Below are positions 1 through 7,540 of a stretch of 64,000 nucleotides of DNA, piece after piece. A model generated the notes under the pieces. That model had not been told where the DNA came from and searched no databases. It worked only from the letters and a program-made list of their open reading frames with translations. Each line of letters opens with the position of its first letter. The first letter of the stretch is position 1. The stretch is from IMG/VR virus record IMGVR_UViG_3300036868_000046, positions 14,783-78,782 of that record. One strand, given 5' to 3'. Source of the DNA: a virus. Its lineage: Duplodnaviria; Caudoviricetes. Made by a program: the position numbers and the translations under genes.

Positions 1-963
1 CACCACCCCGAGCGGATCGCCGGCGGGGTGACGCTGCCGGGCGGCGACTGCATCGACGTGGTGGGGTACGCGCCGGCCGAGCTGGTGGTGGGGCTCGTCA
101 TCCGGGACAGCCAGTTCCTGGCGTGCGACCGCGGAGGCATCCAGGTGCACGGCGGGACCCTGAACCTCACGGTGACCGGCAACGAGTTCCACCGGACCGG
201 CAACCTCGACCTCAACAGCGAGGGATCGGGCGGATCCAGCCACTGGATCATCGCCGGCAACAGGTTCCGGGCCTCCGACGGCAACCACAGCGAGTACGCC
301 ATCGCGCTCGACCTGGTGGACACCGTGTCGGTGGTCGACAACCAGATCGAGCGCGGCGTGTACCTGTACAGCTGCACGCACTGCTCGCTGGTCAAGAACG
401 CCATCACGATGACCGGGGGCAGCGCGGTCGAGACGGGGACCATCGAGGCCATCAAGGGCTCGAACGATCTGGTGATCGAGGAGAACGTCATCCGCCGGCC
501 GGCGACGCAGGACTTCGGCCCCCTCCTCCACGTTGGTCCGCATGGCACCGCGCAGAGCGTCGGCGTTCGCGTCATTCACAACGAGCTCATCCAGGAGACC
601 ACGTCGGACATGATCTACGCCGAGGGCGTCGCCGACCTGGCCATCGTCGACAACGCGCTCGAATACCGGGCCGCGGCGACCGGCGCCGCCGGGGTGCGTC
701 TTCTGGGCAGCGCCACCTATGGAACGTCGAAGGTGGCGCTGGTCGGCAACACCTTCGCAGGACCGCTCCGCTCGGCCGTCATGACCGGCGGCTCGGGGGA
801 AAGGCAGGGGATCGGCTCGCTCTTGTCCGCCTGGAACATCGCGGAGGCGCCGGGGCTGGCGTGCGTCAACACGTCCGGCATCCAGGGGCCGCTCCTCCTC
901 ATCTACAACAGCTGGCCGGCGGCGATCTGTGGGTCACCGCCCATCCCGCTGATGCTTCCGTAG
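1..963 (+). CDS. Right-handed beta-helix (pectate-lyase-like) protein, 5'-truncated; likely spike or depolymerase
   Basis: Frame is open from base 1. Repeating parallel beta-helix turns (VTGNEF, IAGNRF, VVDNQI, LVKNAI, IEENVI, VIHNEL, IVDNAL, LVGNTF). Confidence 0.8.
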   Translation, partial: HHPERIAGGVTLPGGDCIDVVGYAPAELVVGLVIRDSQFLACDRGGIQVHGGTLNLTVTGNEFHRTGNLDLNSEGSGGSSHWIIAGNRFRASDGNHSEYAIALDLVDTVSVVDNQIERGVYLYSCTHCSLVKNAITMTGGSAVETGTIEAIKGSNDLVIEENVIRRPATQDFGPLLHVGPHGTAQSVGVRVIHNELIQETTSDMIYAEGVADLAIVDNALEYRAAATGAAGVRLLGSATYGTSKVALVGNTFAGPLRSAVMTGGSGERQGIGSLLSAWNIAEAPGLACVNTSGIQGPLLLIYNSWPAAICGSPPIPLMLP

Positions 964-974
964 ATTCCGCTCGC

Positions 975-1086
975 GTCTCAGGCGTTCGCCTGAGCGTGTC
1001 CCCATTGGTCGGTTCGTGGGTCTCAGACCGATGTCTGAGCGCTTCACCCTCGTGGGTCTCAGGCAGACACCTGAGCATTTCCTGAC
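975..1086 (-). repeat. Cluster 1 of CRISPR-repeat-like hairpins (3 units)
   Basis: gtctcaggc-gttc-gcctgagc (975), gtctcagac-cgat-gtctgagc (1020), gtctcagg-cagaca-cctgagc-atttcctgac (1056); intergenic. Confidence 0.85.
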
Positions 1087-1122
1087 TGTGGACATGTCCG
1101 CGCATGATAGTTTCATGTGGAC

Positions 1123-1518
1123 ATGGCGTTCACAGGCACCCCCGTCATCCAGCAGCTGAACGATCGCACGGTGCGCATCACCGGCGTGTCCCTCGCGCTC
1201 TCCACCGCCGGGACCATCGGCCTGACGGGGGCGACGGGCACACCGCCCGACATCACCCTCCCTGCCAACTTCCGCGCGGCCGTGTACAGCTACAACGGCT
1301 CCTCGGTGCCGCTGCAGGCGAGCATCCAGTGCTGGGTCGAGCCGGTGACGATCGCCGGGGTCACCAACCTCCCGCCATCCGTCGGCAAGACTGGGACCGC
1401 CGTGACGGACTTCCGCATCACCATCACGAACACCAACACCGGGCTCGCAACGCAGGACCTCGAGATCCTCGTCATCTCCCACATGCCCTACGTCGGCGCG
1501 CCCGCGCAGATCGCCTGA
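1123..1518 (+). CDS. Small beta-rich virion protein; paralog of 4337..4693
   Basis: MAFTGTPVIQQLNDRTVRITGV...PDITLPA...KTGT...DFRITITN aligns by eye with 4337..4693. Confidence 0.75.
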   Translation: MAFTGTPVIQQLNDRTVRITGVSLALSTAGTIGLTGATGTPPDITLPANFRAAVYSYNGSSVPLQASIQCWVEPVTIAGVTNLPPSVGKTGTAVTDFRITITNTNTGLATQDLEILVISHMPYVGAPAQIA

Positions 1519-1526
1519 GGTCCACC

Positions 1527-2162
1527 ATGTCATCGGACAAGCTGTTCGTCATCCTCGACTTCACCGGGGTCGTCATCGGCGGCACGCAGACGCTGAGCCA
1601 CGGGCTCAAGATCAACGGCCAGCCACTGGCGCCGGACATGGTGTGGCTCCAGTACCCCGACCTCTTCGAGGTCACCGCGGCGACGACCACGAGCATCACC
1701 GTTCACAACGTGAGCGCGAGCGGCGGCGCCACGCTGGCGCTGTGCCAGGTCATCCATCCGATCATGCGCTCGTTCGGTTCGCCGCCTGATGACGGCTCGC
1801 TGATACAGCACATGACGCCCCAGCCGTTCGTAGTCGGCTCGCCGAACGCGACGCCGACTCCGACCCCGACGGGACTGACCGTGACGGCGGTGCAGACAGC
1901 AAACGTCGTCCTGACCTCGAGCTCGAACGTCGTCCGGGTGAACCCGACCGGCGGGGCTTTCAGCGTCACGCTGCCGGCTGCCTCCACGGTCGGTGGCCAG
2001 TCGACCATCGTCAAGAACGTCTCGTCCTCGGGCAACCTCATCACCGTGCTGCCTGGAGGGGGCGACACCATCGACGGTCTGGCACAGGCAACCCTCTCCG
2101 GGGATCACTTCAAGTGGTGGGTCATCAGCGATGGGGCCTCCGGCTGGATGATTGTCGGCTGA
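1527..2162 (+). CDS. Beta-rich fibre/receptor-binding-like protein
   Basis: C-terminal module TLPAA...IVKNV...ITV...GDTIDG...VISDG..W typical of phage fibre tips; Thr/Val/Gly rich. Confidence 0.7.
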   Translation: MSSDKLFVILDFTGVVIGGTQTLSHGLKINGQPLAPDMVWLQYPDLFEVTAATTTSITVHNVSASGGATLALCQVIHPIMRSFGSPPDDGSLIQHMTPQPFVVGSPNATPTPTPTGLTVTAVQTANVVLTSSSNVVRVNPTGGAFSVTLPAASTVGGQSTIVKNVSSSGNLITVLPGGGDTIDGLAQATLSGDHFKWWVISDGASGWMIVG

Positions 2163-2183
2163 CGCATGACGACAGAGACAGGG

Positions 2184-3092
2184 GTCTCAAGGCGATTCCC
2201 TGAGCTTCCTTGCCGTTGGTGCAGGTGTCTCAAGGCATGGAGCCCTGAGCGTTTCTTGCGACGACAGTCTCGGGTCGGGTCTCAAGCACGTCTCAAGGCA
2301 TGGAGCCTTGAGCATTTCTTGCTACCGGATCGCACCTTCGCCGCGCGCGTCCTCGGGTGGCAGGTCTCAAGGCGTTTGAGCCCTGAGCATCCCTTGCGGT
2401 GACGAGCTCGCGGTAGATGAGCCTCCAAGTCTCAAGGCGAGGGCCCTGAGCATCCCTTGTGACAAGTACGGCCTCGCGTGCCTGGTCTCAAGGCGCGGTG
2501 CCCTGAGCATCTCTTGCGACGTCAACGGTAGAGCGCGCATGCTGCACGTCTCAAGGCATGGAGACTTGAGCATTTCTTTGCGACGACAGCCACCGACGCG
2601 TCTCAAGGCATGGAGCCTTGAGCATTTCTTGCTACCGGATCGCACGGAGTTCCCGTCTCAAGACGGGAGCCTTGAGCACTTCCAGAGGGTCCATGGCTGC
2701 AGGTCTCAAGGCGAGGGCCCTGAGCATCCCTTGTGACAAGGACGGCCTCGCGTGCCTACCGACGGAAAGCGTCTCAGGGCGAGAGCTCTGAGCATCCCGT
2801 ATCCCGGGGCTGTCAGTCTCAAGGCGAGGGCCCTGAGCATCCCTTTCCCTGCCCACACATCGCCCGTCGGGTCTCAAAAGACACGGAGCCTTGAGCATCC
2901 CTTGTTGCGTCATTGCTGGGTCTCAGGGCGTCGGCCCTGAGCATCCCTTTGCAACCCACATCACCGCCGGTGCCGATCTCGCGTCTGGAATTCGATCCGT
3001 CCGATCTGCGTCTCAAGGCATGGAGCCTTGAGCGTTTCCAGCGCGTGCTCGAATCTCAAGGTGATGAGCCCTTGAGCATCCTCCTTTGCGAC
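2184..3092 (-). CRISPR. Degenerate, leader-distal part of the CRISPR array (about 16 variant repeats, short irregular spacers)
   Basis: Variant repeats start at about 2184, 2227, 2290, 2364, 2429, 2485, 2548, 2600, 2655, 2703, 2771, 2816, 2871, 2920, 3010 and 3053; all keep the (G/A)TCTCA...TGAGC hairpin. Confidence 0.8.
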
Positions 3093-3154
3093 CGGACCGC
3101 GCGGTAGTCGTCGACGACGGCGCCCCGTTCGACGCTCTCGGTATCTGGATTGGG

Positions 3155-3688
3155 GTCTCAAGGCATGGCGCCTTGAGCATCCCTTGCGACACTTCCGGAC
3201 CGTGTCTCGACATTACGGGAGTTGGAGTCTCAAGGCATGGAGCCTTGAGCATCCCTTGCGACATCTCATGGGCGCCGCCGCCGACAACCACCAACGAGTC
3301 TCAAGGCATGGAGCCTTGAGCATCCCTTGCGACATGTCGGCGGCGACGGCGTATCCGTCGCGCTGCATCTCGTCTCAAGGCATGGAGCCTTGAGCATCCC
3401 TTGCGACCCGTGCCTCGTTGTTGCGCCAGAGCAGCGCTTGTTCGTCTCAAGGCATGGAGCCTTGAGCATCCCTTGCGACATCTCATGGGCGCCGACAACC
3501 ACCAACGAGTCTCAAGGCATGGAGCCTTGAGCATCCCTTGCGACGTCCCCGACCGCGTATCCCGACCGGATGAACCCCTGTCTCAAGGCATGGAGCCTTG
3601 AGCATCCCTTGCGACACAATGTCCGCGCCGCGTGCATCGCCTGCAACCTGGAGTCTCAAGGCATGGAGCCTTGAGCATCCCTTGCGAC
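3155..3688 (-). CRISPR. Canonical CRISPR array, 8 repeats and 7 spacers; repeat (minus strand) GTCGCAAGGGATGCTCAAGGCTCCATGCCTTGAGAC; no cas genes in window
   Basis: 36-bp repeats at 3155 (1 mismatch), 3227, 3298, 3372, 3444, 3509, 3580 and 3653; spacers of 36, 35, 38, 36, 29, 35 and 37 nt. The GTYGCAAGGGAT start and TTGAGAC end resemble type III repeats as recalled from Thermus. Confidence 0.95.
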
Positions 3689-3850
3689 CCTTCGTTCCAA
3701 CTATTCAGTTATCACCAGGACTTGGATACCTGGTTTCGAGCGGTGGGATCTTCCACGCGAAGTGAGTCACGCTCGTTATTGAGCGTGACGAGAATCCCCA
3801 ACGTCTCCAGACAGTTGATACACGCGAGCGGCCTCCTTGGCAAGCGCGTC
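3689..3850 (-). promoter_or_regulatory. Putative CRISPR leader
   Basis: Locally AT-richer non-coding stretch next to the best-conserved repeat; contains inverted repeat gtcacgctc-gttatt-gagcgtgac (3766-3789). Confidence 0.65.
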
Positions 3851-3892
3851 ACCTCTCCGCTCGCGTGATGGTCATCTACCTGGAACTTTCGC

Positions 3893-3920
3893 TTGACAGG
3901 CGATCTCGGATCGCTAGGGT
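3893..3920 (+). promoter_or_regulatory. Sigma70-like promoter with internal palindrome
   Basis: TTGACA-N16-TAGGGT, with gcgatc-tcg-gatcgc inverted repeat at 3900-3914. Confidence 0.5.
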
Positions 3921-3939
3921 GACAACGAGGTGCTTCGAG

Positions 3940-4296
3940 ATGCTGACCACAGAACGACTCCATGCGCTCCGGAGGCGCGCGTCCTCGGTCTACGATGATG
4001 AGACCATGCAGCGCTCAAGAAGCGCTGCCCGAGCGCTTCTCCCAGCGATTCACGCACTTGCGCGATCCAAGGGGCAGACGGCGATGCACGCGATCGCCGC
4101 CGAGCTGGTAGGGGTCGATCCGTCCCTCTGGGACCGGCACGGCTCGCTGGGACGGCTGGCGGCGCGCCTGGCCATCAGCGCGGGGGTCGAGCACGTCCGG
4201 GGAGCGCTGGCGTTCTGGGCGACGGAGCATGATCCCCAGGTGTGGCGGATGATGCTGACCTCGGCCGAGCGACTTCCGGCTGGCTGGACTACGTGA
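3940..4296 (+). CDS. Hypothetical helical protein
   Basis: ATG with upstream GAGG, downstream of the promoter; ORF track 3865..4296. Confidence 0.55.
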   Translation: MLTTERLHALRRRASSVYDDETMQRSRSAARALLPAIHALARSKGQTAMHAIAAELVGVDPSLWDRHGSLGRLAARLAISAGVEHVRGALAFWATEHDPQVWRMMLTSAERLPAGWTT

Positions 4297-4336
4297 GACT
4301 TCCCTTACCTGGGATGGTTCGGGTATCTTCCGGGAC

Positions 4337-4693
4337 ATGGCATTCAACGGAACCGCAGTGCTTCACCAGGTCTCGGATCGAGAGGTCCGCATCACCGGCG
4401 TGCTTCTGACGACCGGGGCGTCCGGGACGATCGCCCTGACGGGCCATACCGGGACGACGCCCGACATCACGCTGCCGGCGGCGTTCAAGCCGGCGCCGTA
4501 CGACTACAGCACGGCGACCGTCTCGCTGATCGACTCGATCCAGTGCACGCTGCGGTACATCGACGGAACCGGCGTGGTGACGAACTGCGTGATCGCCAAG
4601 ACGGGGACCACCAACGCGGACTTCCGCATCACGGTGACCAACCCGAGCGGCTCGTCCACCTCCGCGATGGAGATGTACGTCGAGTACCACTGA
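4337..4693 (+). CDS. Small beta-rich virion protein; paralog of 1123..1518
   Basis: MAFNGTAVLHQVSDREVRITGV...PDITLPA...KTGTTNADFRITVTN. Confidence 0.75.
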   Translation: MAFNGTAVLHQVSDREVRITGVLLTTGASGTIALTGHTGTTPDITLPAAFKPAPYDYSTATVSLIDSIQCTLRYIDGTGVVTNCVIAKTGTTNADFRITVTNPSGSSTSAMEMYVEYH

Positions 4694-4695
4694 AG

Positions 4696-5406
4696 CTACG
4701 GCTTCTCCTGGACCTGGAGACGGATTCCGGGCGTGCGGGCGACGCCGGCCAGATCCTCCCAGCCGTACGCGTGGCGACCGTAGTGGAGTAGGCGAATGGT
4801 GGTGTCGGCCATGATGGCGACCTGGCATGTCCGGGCTCGCTTCGAGAACGCGAAATCCTCGCCCAGGTAGGCCACTGGGCGGCTGCCCGGGTCAATCATG
4901 GCGATGGTGGTCGTGTCAATCATGGGCAGGAAGTACGGCCGCATGACTCGCCCGTGGTACCCGACGCAGTCTGGGATTGGGGACTCGTCATCGAGCCGAT
5001 GGAAGACCTCGGCCCGGACGAGCGTGAACCCCATGGCGGCGTACTGGATCTCGATCAGGCCGCCGCCCTCGCCGAGGGTGAGCTCGGTGGTGTCGGGCAG
5101 GAGGCGACAGGCGAGCTCCGGTACCCCCTTCTTCGTGTAGATGCCGCACACGAAGGGGAGGTTGTGGCCGAGCAACCGATCGACGTCGTCCGGCTCGAAC
5201 CCGATGTCCGCGTCGATCCACATGAGCTCGGAGAACCCGTCGGCCAGCGCCTCGGTCGCCATGAGGCACCGTATCTGATCGATGCAGGCGGATCCGCGCA
5301 GGACGCGGACCTTGTAGCCACGTCGCGACAGCTCGGCGAGGCTCCGCTCGCACTCGGGCTCGAGGGCGCCGAGCGAGGGGACCAGGATGCAGGTGGCGGC
5401 GGTCAT
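4696..5406 (-). CDS. GT-A fold glycosyltransferase-like protein
   Basis: DxD motif LMWIDADIGF, AMGFTLV, GEDFAFS and TTIRLLHYG motifs. Confidence 0.8.
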   Translation of the reverse strand: MTAATCILVPSLGALEPECERSLAELSRRGYKVRVLRGSACIDQIRCLMATEALADGFSELMWIDADIGFEPDDVDRLLGHNLPFVCGIYTKKGVPELACRLLPDTTELTLGEGGGLIEIQYAAMGFTLVRAEVFHRLDDESPIPDCVGYHGRVMRPYFLPMIDTTTIAMIDPGSRPVAYLGEDFAFSKRARTCQVAIMADTTIRLLHYGRHAYGWEDLAGVARTPGIRLQVQEKP

Positions 5407-5597
5407 TCCGGCCCCGGGATCGGCATGATGGCGTACCACTCCGAGGTCCACAGGGTCGCCTCGACCATGCATGACCTCAGTGCCTCCAGATGTCGGGCGA
5501 CGGCGGCGACAGCGGCATCGTACGTCTCGGTCACCTCGACCGGACGCTGGAGCTGTCTGGTAGCATCGCACTTCATGACGACGAACTTGATGCTCAC
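5403..5597 (-). CDS. Hypothetical protein
   Basis: 4-nt start/stop overlaps with both neighbours. Confidence 0.55.
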   Translation of the reverse strand: MSIKFVVMKCDATRQLQRPVEVTETYDAAVAAVARHLEALRSCMVEATLWTSEWYAIMPIPGPE

Positions 5598-5971
5598 TTG
5601 GCCTGCCTCAGCTTCTCGTCGATCACCGCGCGATCGATGAGCCGGTCGATGGCGCCGGCGTCGTCATCTTCCTCGAGTCCATCGAGCTCGTCGTCCGCAT
5701 GGACGTCGGCCGGGCGGGTCTCGTTGGCCAGGGCGACCCGGCCGATGTTCTCGATGGGTGGCGCTTTTTTGGGGGCGACGACGCTCATCGGCTCGACGCG
5801 CGCGGTCTTGGACAGCCGGTTGCCGACCACGTACTCCTTGAGCTTGTGGGCGGCGTCCCAGGACAGGCCCTCCCCCCAGAGCTTCACCCAGTCCTTGTCG
5901 CGGACGCGGTAGAGCATCCCCTCCTGCGGCACGAGCTTGACGATCTTCTGCGGCTTGTGGTGCGGTCTCAT
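5594..5971 (-). CDS. Hypothetical protein with acidic C-terminus
   Basis: ATG preceded by TAGGCT-N7; overlaps next gene by 4 nt. Confidence 0.6.
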   Translation of the reverse strand: MRPHHKPQKIVKLVPQEGMLYRVRDKDWVKLWGEGLSWDAAHKLKEYVVGNRLSKTARVEPMSVVAPKKAPPIENIGRVALANETRPADVHADDELDGLEEDDDAGAIDRLIDRAVIDEKLRQAK

Positions 5972-6029
5972 CGCCGTGAGCCTATCACCACGTGACACGG
6001 ACCTGAACGGTTCAACGTGGGGCATCGAG

Positions 6030-6144
6030 GTCTCAGTCGTCGACTGAGCGCGTCCGGCCAAGAGTCTCAGGCTTGAGCCTGAGCGTTCTCGGGCTGGCGC
6101 CTGAAGCGGCCACATTCCTTCGTCTCAGTCTCAGGTGACTGAGC
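6030..6144 (-). repeat. Cluster 2 of CRISPR-repeat-like hairpins (3 units)
   Basis: gtctcagtc-gtc-gactgagc (6030), gtctcaggc-ttga-gcctgagc (6064), gtctcagtc-tcaggt-gactgagc (6122, overlapping the stop of 6131..6466). Confidence 0.85.
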
Positions 6145-6466
6145 TATCCGATGCGGCGGCGCCCTTCTTGAAGATGGTCTTCCAGATTGCGGCGCTCACC
6201 GGGATGAGCAGCGTCGCGGCGATCTGCAGCCACTTCTGCAGTTCGGCATGCTGGAGCGTGAGGACGCCGGCTCTGAGCTGGTTGATCACGTCCGCTTCCC
6301 ACTGCGTGTAGGGGAGCGTCGGATCGGAGAGCGTGTTCTGCCCAGGGTCGTCGGCGGCGCCGAGCGAGCCGAGGGGGCCCAGCGTACGACGCGGGATCGC
6401 CAGTCCGAAGCTCGTCGACACCCCCGAGAGCGCCCTTGGCCGTCTGTGTGCCTTGCGGTAGTACAT
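6131..6466 (-). CDS. Small virion membrane protein
   Basis: MYYRK leader, LGSLGA motif, C-terminal hydrophobic helix followed by basic residues. Confidence 0.7.
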   Translation of the reverse strand: MYYRKAHRRPRALSGVSTSFGLAIPRRTLGPLGSLGAADDPGQNTLSDPTLPYTQWEADVINQLRAGVLTLQHAELQKWLQIAATLLIPVSAAIWKTIFKKGAAASDSSVT

Positions 6467-6475
6467 GGGAGCCCT

Positions 6476-7090
6476 TCAGTTGGGGACGTTCGGCGACAGC
6501 GAGCCGTAGTCGTCATCGCCGATGATGTCCGACAGGTCGGAGAGGTCGTCGGTCGCGGATGTGGGAGGCGCTGCGGTGGGGGGACGGGGAGAGGGGGTGC
6601 TCATGCGCCCCGCGTCGTAGGCATCGTTGTAGGTGTACTCGTTGGGGTCGTCGGCCACCGGCCGCAGCGCCCGCATCTGGAGATGCGGAAGCCCGAGGTC
6701 GGCGTTCGGGTCCGCGGCCGGCAGCTGGGCGTTCGGGTCCGCGAGCATCCAGCCGAGGGACGGCACGTAGAGCTGGATGAGGTTCTGGATGGCGGCGATC
6801 GCGGCGCCGACCACGATCGGGGTGTGGTACTTCTCGAGCCACTTCCACTTGTGGGCGAGCAGCCACGCGGATAGGAACGCTCCGACGGCCGCAGCCGCGC
6901 CCGCGTGCTTGCCGATCGACGGTGCCCGTTTCGCCACCTGCTCGGTCGCGACCTTGGTGATGAACCGGGTCAGCGCGAACCCGGCGAAGCCGGGCCCGAT
7001 GAACTCGGCCAGGTCGGTCATGAGCGGGGGGTTATGTCGTGGCGCAGCCGCGGCCCTGCCGTATCTGCGCTTGAGCCTGGTTCGAGCCAT
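6476..7090 (-). CDS. Virion membrane/core protein with RHNP motif
   Basis: Basic N-terminus ending RHNP, 2-3 hydrophobic segments, acidic tail. Confidence 0.7.
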   Translation of the reverse strand: MARTRLKRRYGRAAAAPRHNPPLMTDLAEFIGPGFAGFALTRFITKVATEQVAKRAPSIGKHAGAAAAVGAFLSAWLLAHKWKWLEKYHTPIVVGAAIAAIQNLIQLYVPSLGWMLADPNAQLPAADPNADLGLPHLQMRALRPVADDPNEYTYNDAYDAGRMSTPSPRPPTAAPPTSATDDLSDLSDIIGDDDYGSLSPNVPN

Positions 7091-7136
7091 CCCCCCTATC
7101 GTACCCCCAGGACGCCAGGAGGCACAAGGTCGTCGG

Positions 7137-7483
7137 GTCTCAGCGGAGGGCCGCTGAGCAGCCCCAGGGCAGTTCCGCTTGCGGTCTCAGGCTCCATCAC
7201 GAGCTCTTGCTAGTCTCAGGCACACCTGAGCGGGTCCCTACGACGCTATGGTCTCAATCGAGGTTGAGCGTATCCGAATATCACCCGTCTCAGCACCCGT
7301 TCGTGGCCTGAGCTCGTGCATGTCTCAGGGTGCTCGGCTACGGTGTGTCTCAACCAAGCGTTGAGCAGCCACGATACCTGATGTCTCATGGTAATCACCT
7401 GAGCAGTCCCAGCCACGGATGACGACTATTACCTATTCGATTGTCACGACCGCTCCTCTCATGTCTCTGACTATGGGCAGAGC
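7137..7483 (-). repeat. Cluster 3 of CRISPR-repeat-like hairpins (about 9 units)
   Basis: Units at 7137, 7184, 7213, 7251, 7287, 7322 (half), 7347, 7383 and 7463; fixed GTCTC(A)...(T)GAGC ends with different paired inner stems. Confidence 0.85.
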
Positions 7484-7540
7484 GCATCCCTACGGGCCCA
7501 GAGATACCAGCGCGCGCGCCACCTGACAAGCACGATCCGG

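Noticed and set aside
2166-3963. Many 60-93 aa ORFs across the CRISPR array
   Set aside because: They are translations of repeats (recurrent SQGMEP / LKAWSLEH) with no RBS or operon logic.
3334-5520. Spacer 3334-3371 as self-targeting 5490-5520
   Set aside because: Only a short, gapped GC-rich match; no convincing protospacer was seen by eye in this window, though a proper search was not possible.
2184-7483. Hairpins as a CsrB/RsmZ-like sponge (the canonical plus-strand loop is ATGGA)
   Set aside because: GGA is not kept in most dispersed loops (gttc, cgat, ttga, caca), whereas the stem ends are.
975-7483. GTCTC (BsmAI/BsaI/BsmBI core) sites as synthetic cloning scars
   Set aside because: The sites are embedded in natural-looking covarying hairpins that match a CRISPR repeat; there are no vector sequences.
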